From Camelus dromedarius (Eukaryota): 64,000 nt of DNA. This document shows, piece by piece, positions 54,301 to 64,000 of the stretch (position 1 is its first letter; each line of letters begins with the position of its first letter). Below the pieces are notes generated by a model. It made no database searches, was not told the DNA's origin, and worked only from the letters and a program-made list of their open reading frames with translations. The position numbers and the translations under genes were made by a program. The DNA lies in contig NC_087444.1 in NCBI RefSeq assembly GCF_036321535.1, positions 80,414,001 through 80,478,000 of the forward strand, given 5' to 3'.

Positions 54301-54898
54301 TGTAGATGAGGGTTTCCTACTCTCCTTGCTCACCTTCCTCACCCTTTCTGGCTTCTGTGGCCTCTGCTGTCTGAGGTCCTGCTACCCTCCCTGTGCCCAA
54401 GCCTATGCTTGTGTGTGGCTGTTGATACCAAGGAACAATTGTGGTTTGGAGATGTTTTCTTCCTTGGGTTTCTATGTCATGGTTGTCTTGGCTTCCCTCC
54501 AGCCTCTGAGGCTGAGCCTTTTGTCACTTGGACGGTCTCCCAGATCTAGTGCTCTTTGGAAAAATCTCAGCTGCTCCTGACGGCTCAAGGGCTACCTCCC
54601 AGCAGGTTGGCTGCAGCCCAGCCTCTCCCTGAGGTTAGACCTATAGCTCTGAATCTGATGGATTGGCCCCATGAACAGTCATTATCTCCCCTCATTCTAG
54701 TTTGTTCTGTCTCCCCAAACTGTAACAAGCACTCTAGGGTGTCCACCTGACTGCAGACGTAGCACACTAGCCACCAAAACAGTCACCAAGGGAAGGTGTA
54801 CTTGTGCCCCAGCTAGATGAGCCACAGGTGGTGAGAGAAGGGCCCTCTGGACTTCTTTGAACACAGGTACGTGCATGTACCCATGCATATGGGTGCTC

Positions 54899-54941
54899 GT
54901 GCATGCGCGCGCGCGCACACACACACACACAGACACACGCA
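54899..54941. repeat. (CG)6-(CA)n compound microsatellite
   Basis: gtgcatgcgcgcgcgcgcacacacacacacacagacacacgc. Confidence 0.9.
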
Positions 54942-55549
54942 TGCCAAGAATAAAGATGTGGGAAAGGATTCCTGCCACCTCTGTCCCAGCTCACACTTGA
55001 AGTGATGGGCCAGTTATCAACACATAATAGGGGGCTGGGGCGCGAGAGTCCAGGGAGGGGCTCCAGGGTCCAGCCTTACTGAGAGAAAGGTCAGAAGAAG
55101 CCCCTTGCTTGCTTTCCTGGGGAGAGTGGCAAAAGGGATGGCAAAGAGAAGGGAAGGAGCTTTCCTTAGGACCCTGGTGACTGACTGGATTAACAGATTG
55201 CACAAATTTTGAGCACTTGCAGTGTGCTTGGTGTTGGGGAGACCAGGGTGGGAGAGACTGGCTTCAGGAGCTGCCAGTCCTGAGGTTGCAGCATTCTGTG
55301 ACAGTGGCTATGACGGGCGAGGGACCAGAACCTAGGCGGGGGCAGAGAACAGGACATGATAGAGAAGGCTTTCGGGGGAGGTTGGGGATGTTGCGGACAA
55401 AAAGGGAACTGGTCGTTTCAAAATGCCACGCGCCAGAGAGGGGCCTGTCAAGAGGCGGCCCAGCATGGTGAGTCTGGTGAAGGTCTGAGGACGGGGAGGG
55501 AGGAGCAGCCGGGATGGGGTTGAGTGCGATACAGCAGCTGAAGGAGCAG

Positions 55550-56620
55550 GTGCCCGGGCGGAAGGAGTAGGGGCAGTCGAGTGCACGGAGAGCCACGGGA
55601 CTTGAGGTCGCGCAGGCAGGGCGTGACGGAGACGACGCGCGCGTGGGCCCGCCTGGCTCCAGGGCTCGTTTCCTCGGAGCCAGGGACACCGCCGGAATCT
55701 CAGCGAACGCGCAGCCGGGCGCCGGGACTCGCACCACCAGCGCCCCCTGGTACGCCCCTGAAGGGAGCGCCGGTGCCCGCTGCTCCTGGGAAATGTAGTG
55801 TCTGCAGCTCGGCCGGGCCTTGGACAGGCCAAGAACTGCACTTCCCAGAGGGCCTCGCGGACAAGGCCGGTCTTGCGCACTCTCCACTTGCGGGCGCGGG
55901 ACGTCGCCGCACAGACACAGAAGCATCTGTTACCGCCCCCCTCGCTTCTTCGCGCGCTTGCGTGCAATGTGGGGAGGTGGGTGGCGCGCGTGAGGGAAGG
56001 GGAAGGTCAGAGGGCACAAGTCTCCGGAAGCAATCGGTGGGACGGGTGGAAGCTCCCGGTCCTGGGGCCCCAGGGTGGTTGGTCGTTGTTCCTGCTCGGC
56101 GTTGTTCCATGCCGTCCGCGTGGCTCCCGGGGGCGGCGAGTCCAGGCGCGACGCGAAGAGGCGTCAGAAAAGCCCGGGGTAGAGTGTGCACGTGGCCAGA
56201 GGGCGGCAGGGGAGGTGGGGCGAAGGAGCACCACCCGACTTCCGAGGAGCCCCAGCAAGTCTGAGGGGAAAGGCGTCGCGGGGGCTGATGGGATATGGAG
56301 TCTAGCGGGGCATGTCCTGACCCGGAAGTGGTTCCGGGTGGGGCTGGGCTCTCGCCACGCCTCCGACTCTGTGCCCGCGGACCCGCGCTGGTCCTTTCCT
56401 GGGAAGAAGTCCTGGTCCTCCGTCGGTTCATGGTCCTGTGCACGCGCTCGGTCCGCCTTTCCACCCAGCTACCCCTAAGCTTTCTCACCTCCCCTGGGAA
56501 GTCCTTCTGGTTTTCCGCAGCTCAGGCTCCCTCTTTACTCCCGCTGCACCGGCGCTCGTCCTTCCATAGAGTGAAAATGTGGCCGGCGACGCTCCCCGCA
56601 CTCGGAGATTAAAATTAAAA
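55550..56620 (+). promoter_or_regulatory. CpG island, probable promoter of the downstream SCAN-containing gene
   Basis: CpG-rich; ZNF143-type CTGGGAAATGTAGT at 55786-55799; ETS CCGGAAG motifs near 56023 and 56322. Confidence 0.7.
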
Positions 56621-57099
56621 TCCAGATCCTTCCCCGGCCGAAGGCTCTGCAAGATCGCCCTGGTAGTTGCATTTCCTGATTGCGCTGCCTAGTCTGTCTT
56701 CTCCTCTGTCATCTCAGGCACCTGAGGGTGGGGGCGCTGTTGAATGGGGTGGCCTGGTTCTGGGGAGCCCTGACCACTCTTTAAACACATGCATTGGCAT
56801 TAAAAAAGATTTTTATTATTTTTTAAAGTTATAATTGTAATAAATGGCCATTGCAAAAAAAAAAAAAATTCAGATGGAATGCAGACGTTACAAAGGAAGA
56901 AACAGACATCCTACAATTCCTTTCCTCAGAATTGCCAGCTGAAGGTTTGGTGGGTTTCACTATCCTTTTCTGAACATTTGTAGCAGTAGCTCCTGTTTGT
57001 TGGTTTAAAATTTTTGAATCGGTGGGATCACGTCAGGTGAGGAGGGGGACAGTTTGCCTTCTTGTTTAGCATTGTAGAGTGAACTTTTCTCCATGTCCA

Positions 57100-57228
57100 T
57101 GTTTTTGGTGGGGGGAGGTATTTAGGTTTAGTTGTTTATTTATTCTTAGAGGAGGTACTAGGGATTGAATCCAGGACTTCATGCATTCTTAAGCATGCAC
57201 TCTACCTCTTGAGCTATACTCTCCCCCT
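57100..57228 (-). mobile_element. tRNA-derived SINE (camelid Vic-1-like)
   Basis: ggaggtactagggattgaatccaggac...gcatgcactctacctcttgagctatactctcccc; degenerate TSD ttctccatgtccat / ttctcaatatccat. Confidence 0.85.
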
Positions 57229-57839
57229 TCTCAATATCCATTGTTGACCTTAACTAGTTGAGTTGAGCCAGGCCTTCCAGGCCCCACAGGAGTCTGCCAT
57301 GAGGGAAAGGCCTTCCAGGGTAGGGGTGCCTCTTGCTGTGCCTGTGTGGCTGGACTGCATTGATCTGTCACTGCATCTGTTCCCCACATTACTCTAGGGC
57401 CCCACAGACGGTATCCTTCACTTGCTCAGAGCCTTCCTGGGCTTGGACCCTCTGCTAGTTCCCGCCAGCACCTCTGCTTGTCTACTGGCAGGGTTCTCTC
57501 AGACACATGTTCACACTCTGTCCCCTGGAGCAGCTCTCCTGCCTTGGCCCAGTCTGGCCTGAGCTCCTGAAAGTGTCCCTGTCCTCCCAACCAGATTCCC
57601 AGTGTGAGGTGTCCTCTTGAGGGTGCAGGTGGGGACGTCAAGGCTGGAGGTGTCCCCTGCCAGGTTGCCAGCTGGCCAGGTCTGGGGACAGTTTCCCTCA
57701 CAGCAAGTGGCCTTGCAGGGTGTGCGTGGGTGGAGGGTTGTGAGTGGTCTGTGGCCCTGATTGGGTGGGTGTGTGTCCCAGGAAGACGGTGTGTGTGGCC
57801 TGCGTGAGGGCAGGGGAGGCCAGCTCCCCAGGGCTTGCC

Positions 57840-58235
57840 ATGGCGTCCGACCCAGCATCCATCGATCAGGAAGAGCTCATGGTCATCAAGATGGAGGAGG
57901 ACGAGGCCGCCCCATGGGACCCTATACTGTCCTCCACACCTCAGCCCCAGTTCCTGTTGCCTGGGCTTGGCAAGGATCACAGGCAGCGCTTCCGCAGCTT
58001 CCACTACCAGGAGACAGCAGGGCCCCGCGAGGCCCTGGCCCGGCTGCGAGAGCTGTGCTGCCAGTGGCTGTGGCCTGAGGTGTACTCCAAGGAGCAATTG
58101 CTGGAGCTGCTGGTGCTGGAGCAGTTCCTGGGTGCGCTGCTGCCTGACACCCGGGTCTGGTGGAGTCCCAGCGCCCCAAGAGTGGTGAGGAGGCTGTGGC
58201 GCTGGTGGAGGACCTTGCTCAGATGCAGGAGACCA
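57840..58235 (+). pseudogene. SCAN-domain exon with a 1-nt frameshift (pseudogene or assembly error); possible 5' part of a SCAN-pogo fusion gene
   Basis: gccATGG Kozak at 57840; [21 protein letters not shown]...[61 protein letters not shown], then in the shifted frame [25 protein letters not shown]. Acceptor at 57780-57781, donor GTGAG at 58236. Confidence 0.8.
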
Positions 58236-58889
58236 GTGAGCCCCAAGGGGTGGGGCTGGTCAGGAGGCCTGGGGGCAGGGGACATGCAAGGGGACACAAC
58301 CCCAGGCCCTGAATGCCTGTTCGCTCTGCCCAGGCCCCTGTGTCCTGATAGGTGGGAAGAGGACTCAGAAGTTACGATGTGTTTGGAGATTTTTCTAACC
58401 TCTGAGCCTCCCAGAGATGTGAGCCTGAGGTTGGCATGGCATCACCCCGGGTCACGGTTACTGGGCCTTTGTTCACTTCTATTTCTTCTTCCTCGCAAAT
58501 TCATCAAGTGCACACAGGCCCTGTGGGTCCAGCACGGAAGGGAAATAGGCAAGGTCCCTGGCCTGCTGGAGCCCAGTGGGTTAAGAGCTGGACAGTGAGA
58601 CCTAGTCACAGGTAGGGTGTCCATCTTTCTCCGGAAGTGGGTGGAGGCAAGAAGAGGTGAGCAGGGAGGTCAGCCTTGCTGGTGTGGTTTGCAGTTCCTG
58701 CACCTTGGGCCGTGCGTGTGCTCACATGCTGTGAGGAGGTGACAGCAGTGCAGCAGGCAGAAGAACGGTTGGCTACAGCTATCAGTTCTCCCTGGTGGTG
58801 TTTACTCGTTCACTCACACGTGTCGCTGCAGTTCCTTTGGTCCGCTTGGCTGCCTGTATTAAAGGGTAGAAACTGTAGCACTTAAACAA

Positions 58890-59460
58890 AAGCAGCTTTC
58901 TTAAGTTATAACCCACCTATCAAAAAATTGTACAATTTGTGGGTTTTCATGAGTATATTCAGAAGGTTTTACAACCTTCACCTCCTGTCTGATACCATAA
59001 CTTAGTCACCTTCAGAGAAACTCTGTGCCCCTTAGCAATCTCTCCCCATTCTCCCCTCTCCTAGTGCATTGGCAGCCACCAGTCTGTTTTGTGTCTCTGT
59101 GTGTTTTCTTACTGTGGATACGCTATCAAATGGCATCACATAGTATGTGGCTTCTTATGGCCAGCTCCTTTCATTGAGCATAATCTTTTCAGTGCTCATC
59201 CAGGCTGCAGCATGTCAGTACCTCACTTATTTTTGTGGCTAAAGAACATGCCATTGTATGGGCGTACCACACTGTGTATCTGCTTATCAATAAATGGACA
59301 TTTGGTGGTTTCTACCTCTTGGCTGTCGTAAATAACGCTTGTGTGAACTCAGGTATACTTTTTTTGTGCAAGCAGAGATTTACATTCCCCTTGGTTGTAC
59401 ACCTAGGAGTGGTATTGCTGGGTCAAATGGTAATGGTGTTTGTCCCTTTGAGGTACTGCG
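58890..59460 (-). mobile_element. Old L1M-type LINE-1 fragment
   Basis: ttcattgagcataat...gctcatccaggctgcagcatgtcag...ccattgtatgg...tacacctaggagtggtattgctgggtca. Confidence 0.7.
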
Positions 59461-60364
59461 AACACACCACTTGTTTTCACATAGAGAATTTAGTGTAAGG
59501 AGTATAACCTGGGCACTGAAGGAGTGAAAAAGTACAAGAAGGGCTCTAAGGTGTCGTGGCAGCAGGGACTGTGTCTGTCCTTAGAGCTGTGGGAACACCA
59601 GGAAGAGGTCGAGCTTGTGACAGAAACCCAAGGGAGGGGCCAGGATAAGGGGCCACTGCTGGGTGGTGCTGGGATCTCTGAGGGGGACAGAATGAAGCTG
59701 GTTCTGCACATGTTGGAAAAGTTGCAAACTGGATTTGGCTTCTGCAAAGAAAACCTTGATCACACAGGGCTGGTTTCCACCTAGGCATGAACGTGAGGTG
59801 TAGGGCAGACAGGGAACACACGGGTCTGCTCTCCTCCTGGGTTGTCTGGCTGCAGTGCTGAGCTCTCTTCTGAGCCCAATGCCAGCGTTTGGAGGTGGGC
59901 TGTCTTCCGAGCCGTGGCCAGCTGCTGTCTCCTTAGGGTTCCCAGCTTCCCGCTGAAGGGATGTTTGTGTGATACACACTATTAGAAGAGACTCTGCATC
60001 ATGCGTTGTGGATGTTGGGACAGCAGCCCACTGGTCACTGAGTGGACTCAAGCCTGGCACTCCCGTGGAGGCTATGGGGCAAGCATGGTTGTGCCACTCA
60101 GCCTGGAAACCACGTGGTTCCAAGTTTGCCACCGTTGACATTTACACAAAAACTCCTACATTTGTTCTGTGCCTTTACCTGACCTCAGCCTGTTGCTGGC
60201 CCCTTGCTGTGCCTGTGTGAGGGAGTGTTGCAGGGCTGGCCCTGGCGTTCTCGAGGAGCTCCTGGAGAGCACTTCTGTGAGGCTCAGGGAATCCAAAATG
60301 GTATCCCAAGCTCTCCCTTGGCTGTCACTGTTGCAGTGTGTTTGGGGTCCCCAAGGCCACCATT

Positions 60365-60800
60365 AGGCACATGGATTTGCTTGAAGGAGGCACAGAATTG
60401 AGCAAGGTATCATACTCATGGTTGTGGTTTATTGCAGTGAAAGGATACAGATTAAAGTCAACACTGGAGAAAGGTGCCTTGCCTGGGAGATACTGGGCAC
60501 GAGGTCTGGGTGTCCTTTCCTGATGGAGTCATGTTGGTCGTGCTTAATTCCCCAGCAAGGATGTGCTAGGTCTGGTCCACCAGGAGGCTCGCCTGAAGTG
60601 CTGTCCAGGGTTTTACTGGGGGTCAGTCACACAGGTGTGGAACATGACTGACCCTGGTTACTCAGCCTCAGCACCCCCCAGGGTTCAGACTGATATGGTG
60701 TGGCCCAAGGTCACTCTCCTAAGTCACGTTGTTGGCATAGCCATCTGGTATGATCCAGGGCCTTAGGTAAACAAAGATGTTCTTCTCAGGCAGACTCTTC
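60365..60800. mobile_element. MER21-like LTR remnant
   Basis: tactcatggttgtggtttattgcagtgaaaggatacagattaaagtcaac...gcagactcttccaagggcttagagg resembles the MER21 family as I recall it. Confidence 0.55.
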
Positions 60801-61045
60801 CAAGGGCTTAGAGGTCCCCTCCTGGGAGCAGGTCAAGGGCCAGACTTTTGTTTGGAATGTGTGGGGTTTGGACAGCTCAGGCCTGCGGTGTCAGCCCTTT
60901 ACTGAGACCGCAGCTGCAGCTGAAGGGTGCGTCTAGTGACTGTTTCCTTGGCGTTTCAGTGCCTTGGGTTTCAGGGGCTTGGGGCTTACTCTTGAGGTAT
61001 GCGTGCGGCTGTGGAGCAGAATGGGGCTGCGTGTTCCCAGGGCAG

Positions 61046-61492
61046 TGTGAAGGAAAAGCCGGGCTAGGCTAACAAGATAACTCACAAATCTAAGTGTAAC
61101 AAGTGTTGGATTACTGGTCTAAATTCTGCTGGGCTAACTTGTAAATCTAAGTTAATTAGTGTCGGTTTGCTGATTCCCTGTTCATGTGTTTTTTTTTTTT
61201 TTTTTTTTTTGCTAGCCAGCTGGATTTTCAGAGAGACATATCTGGCCTTGAAATGTTGGTTTGCTGCCTCCCTGCCTCTACTTTTGTGATAATGATGCTG
61301 CTAAAGCTGTTCCATGCCCATTGGCTGAACACCCCAAGCTTGTAATTAACCCTATAAAACCTCATGCACACGTCTTGGAGGTGCTCAGAGCTTTGGAGCA
61401 GAAGCCCCTCTGAGCCTGCTGGCGTAATAAATCTGAGTACTCCAACCCTCCGAGTGGTGCTTGTTTCTTGCTGGCCTGTCATTTCCGTAACA
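61046..61492 (+). mobile_element. Solo LTR, ERV1-like (447 bp), same family as 13816-14225
   Basis: TGTGAAGG...CCGTAACA termini, 4-bp TSD GCAG, ATTGG, TATAAAA at 61353, intact AATAAA at 61426-61431; 3' part nearly identical to the first copy. Confidence 0.9.
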
Positions 61493-61686
61493 GCAGGGTG
61501 TCGTGTGTGAATCAGAGGGCAGGTCCTTGTCTTATCCAGCTCCGTTCCAGGCCAGTGTCTAGCCCAAGTTGGTGCAGAGAATGCTCGGGGACACTTGCCA
61601 TGTGTTGACCTCGGGATTGATTCATTGGCTTGGGTGCCTGACCCTTTGTCCCCGCTAACAATCCTCTCCCTTCGGCACTGACCCAG

Positions 61687-61755
61687 GCCCCTCCTGAGGA
61701 CCAGCAGTCTGGAGACCTGGCAGAGCTGGCTAAGCCCTTCACGGAAGGAGCTCAG
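61687..61755 (+). other. Candidate 69-nt internal exon (phase 0-0; APPEDQQSGDLAELAKPFTEGAQ)
   Basis: Branch-like GCTAAC, pyrimidine tract, CAG acceptor at 61684-61686, strong CAG|GTGAGC donor; open in phase 0. Confidence 0.4.
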
Positions 61756-63815
61756 GTGAGCTGTGAGTCCTCGAGTCAGATGCCACATCCTGCTAAATCT
61801 CCCCCCAACCCTTCCTCACCCTGGGCTGGGCTGTGGTGGGGCGGGGGGGGGGGTCCCATTCAGGAGCTGGGCTCAGCCCCCACCGCTCCCACCTCTCACC
61901 CTCGGGCTCGGCCCTGCAGCCTTACCAGCTCCTCGGGCTGGATCGGTGCCCCCAGGCTCATTCCATCTGAATACAGAGTAGGTGCTTGTCCCCAGGGCAC
62001 CAACCCAAAGGCCCAGGAGCAAGGCTGAGGCCCGGACTTGGTTGCCTGGTCTTGGCTGCTTCTGGCTGGGGGCAGATGGTGCTGCCAGGAGAGCTGGAAT
62101 CCAGGTTTTCATTGAGGGCACCCAGCTCACAATTGAAAATGGCATCGGTTAGGCCCAGAGGACATATCTGTGGGCAGGATTGACCATGCTGGCCTGTGGG
62201 GGGCTGGGGCTCCTGCCATGTCAGGGGCACCAGCTGTGCCTCCTGGGCTGGCTTTGATCTTTGCTTCTCTCAGCCTCTGGGCAGCCCTGGCCCCGACCCC
62301 AGCAGGCTCGTCCTCTCCGGCTCACTGTCCACCCTAGGGTGCATCTTATTATATTTTGTTGTAGTTTCTGTTGCACAGAGATAGAAGAGGTACACCGGTC
62401 ATTATCTGTCCTCCCATTTACTAAAAAAAGTTTTTTTTTTTTAATGTAACATGTTTGCATTATAAAGTAATTCAGACCTTAACAAGAGTATATAAAGTTG
62501 AAGCCTCACATGTCTACCTCTTGGAGAATAACAACTGTTCACCGTTGTATGCCCTCCTCCATTCTCTTACATGCACACATGCGGTGCACAGACGTTTCCA
62601 AAGAGAACCCCACTGTTTGCACTTTGTCTCGTGTTGGGGTCCCTTCTGGTAGCACAGGCAGCTCCACCTGTTCTTTTTAGTGGCTCTGTTGGAGGCCGTT
62701 GTCCAGCCCAGCTGGGGCCCTTGGGCCACCGTCCATTTCTCATTCCAGGACACATACCTTTGTCTTGGCTGCTGCCCCTCTCTTTCTCTTCTGCCCTCTG
62801 CTGTCTGGATGGCCCTGAGAGATAGGGACCAAAGCTCATCTCTGTGGCACAGGGCACTTGCCTGTTTGTGATCCTGGGGGCTTCCCTGGGGAGAAAGGGA
62901 CTTGGTCACACATGGATGGAGGACAGATTAGCCAAGGAGCACAGCTGGAGTCTCTGGCCAGGTGAGGGGGGAGAGTGGGCTATATTCTGGCCCTCCCCAC
63001 CTGGGTCTTCCCGAGATACTGCAATTCCTGGGAAGGCCTGCGGTAACTCTGCCCAGATCTGCCCAAGTGGGGCCCTGGAGATATCCTGCTGGCTGCTGCT
63101 TTATGGTAAAATTCCCAGCACAGATCAAGAGTGCAGAGCTGGGCTCTGAGAGATGCTGTTCCTGGAAGAACGAGGTGCTTGGTCTACCCCATTGTGAAAG
63201 GACACAGGGGAAGACGTGCTCCTTGCCTGGTGCTCCAGGAGCCAGTCTGGGTAATTTACATGCACAGGTATTTCCTCCCTAAACAAACCAAAACCAACAC
63301 ACCCACAGAAGCAGAACAAAACCCATGGATCCTGACCCCCTTAATTACATTGCTTGAGGTCTCTGCAAGCTCAGGGCTGTGAAGTGTGTTTGCTGTACCT
63401 GGACAGCTGGTTCCCCTCTTGGCCTGGCTGCCCCGGAGCTCAGAGCTGGGGTTTATGCACAGTCACTGTCTGTTCCTGGCCTGGGCTGACGTGCTGTTAG
63501 TTTCTGGTGTCTGTATTTGCTCTGACACCTGCCACCCTGGGCCCTTCAGGAAGCTGGCAGGTAGGTGATTTGGGATGGTGTTGCCAGTTGGGGGCATCCT
63601 CATGAAGTGGTCCTGGGTTTTCAGAGGTCTGCTGCAATCCTGTGGATGAAGCTCTAGTCCACGGGGCTGGAATTCATCCAGTGGGAAGTGAACACTGTGA
63701 CTAGATGTGGCCCCAGATCTCCTACCTTGAGAGAGACTAGTGAGTGATCTCTTGGTTTTACTGGGTCCCATCGGCACTTCCCACCAGTAAACGTTGTCTC
63801 CCCATTTTATGGCAG

Positions 63816-64000
63816 GTCAGGGCCAAGATGCCAGCCGCCCTGAAGTCAGTGGGCAAGGGATGGGAACAAATATTCTCTTCCGGGGCCCGGAGAGAGGGAT
63901 GCCGGCCTCAAGACCCCCATGAAGAGGCTGCTGAGCGCAGGCCAGCGCCGAAGCATCAAGCGGGACCGTAAGGCCATCAACCTGCAGGTGAAGCTAGAGG
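63816..64000 (+). CDS. Start of a second pogo/Tigger-derived (CENP-B_N HTH) exon, 3' partial; apparent 1-nt frameshift at the C5 run 63914-63918
   Basis: From ATG 63919: MKRLLSAGQRRSIKRDRKAINLQVKLE, 15/23 identical to the first TIGD-like ORF (LGVGLRHSAKRDRKSITLHVKLE). Acceptor at 63814-63815. Too short for the supplied ORF track. Confidence 0.75.

Noticed and set aside
55581-56488. ORFs of 220-262 aa in the CpG island
   Set aside because: GC-rich promoter DNA with no homology signal.
58162-58598. C-terminal part of the 284-aa ORF 57744..58598
   Set aside because: Out-of-frame read-through after the SCAN frameshift and past the 58236 donor.
59930-63240. A KRAB exon between the SCAN and pogo exons (weak GFPAS.. 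at about 59935 and ALRDAV.. at about 63143)
   Set aside because: Resemblance is too faint, with an early stop in one and no VTFEDVAV-type motif; needs an HMM search.

Overview
Mammalian genomic DNA, probably camelid (alpaca/camel), judged from seven copies of a tRNA-derived SINE that looks like the Vicugna Vic-1 family. It is syntenic with the distal end of human 19q13.43. Gene order: SLC27A5 (-, 5' part), ZBTB45 (-), a repeat-dense interval (L1, MaLR, solo LTRs, SINEs, two N-gaps), TRIM28/KAP1 (+, 17 coding exons, 841 aa), CHMP2A (-, 222 aa), UBE2M (-, exon 1 mostly in an N-gap), MZF1 (-, SCAN + 13 C2H2, 735 aa). Beyond MZF1 is the most interesting part. First, an intact, GC-rich pogo/Tigger-derived (TIGD/CENP-B-like) ORF lies head-to-head with MZF1, with its third catalytic Asp replaced by Asn. 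Second, a CpG-island gene has a SCAN exon, and at the window edge a second, paralogous pogo HTH exon begins. The SCAN exon and this second pogo exon are splice-phase compatible, and each has a single-base loss in a homopolymer run. This points to a candidate SCAN-transposase fusion gene, either mis-assembled or recently decayed. Also notable: the TRIM28 residue equivalent to the human ATM site S824 is Ala here. All calls were made by eye; no searches or alignments were run.
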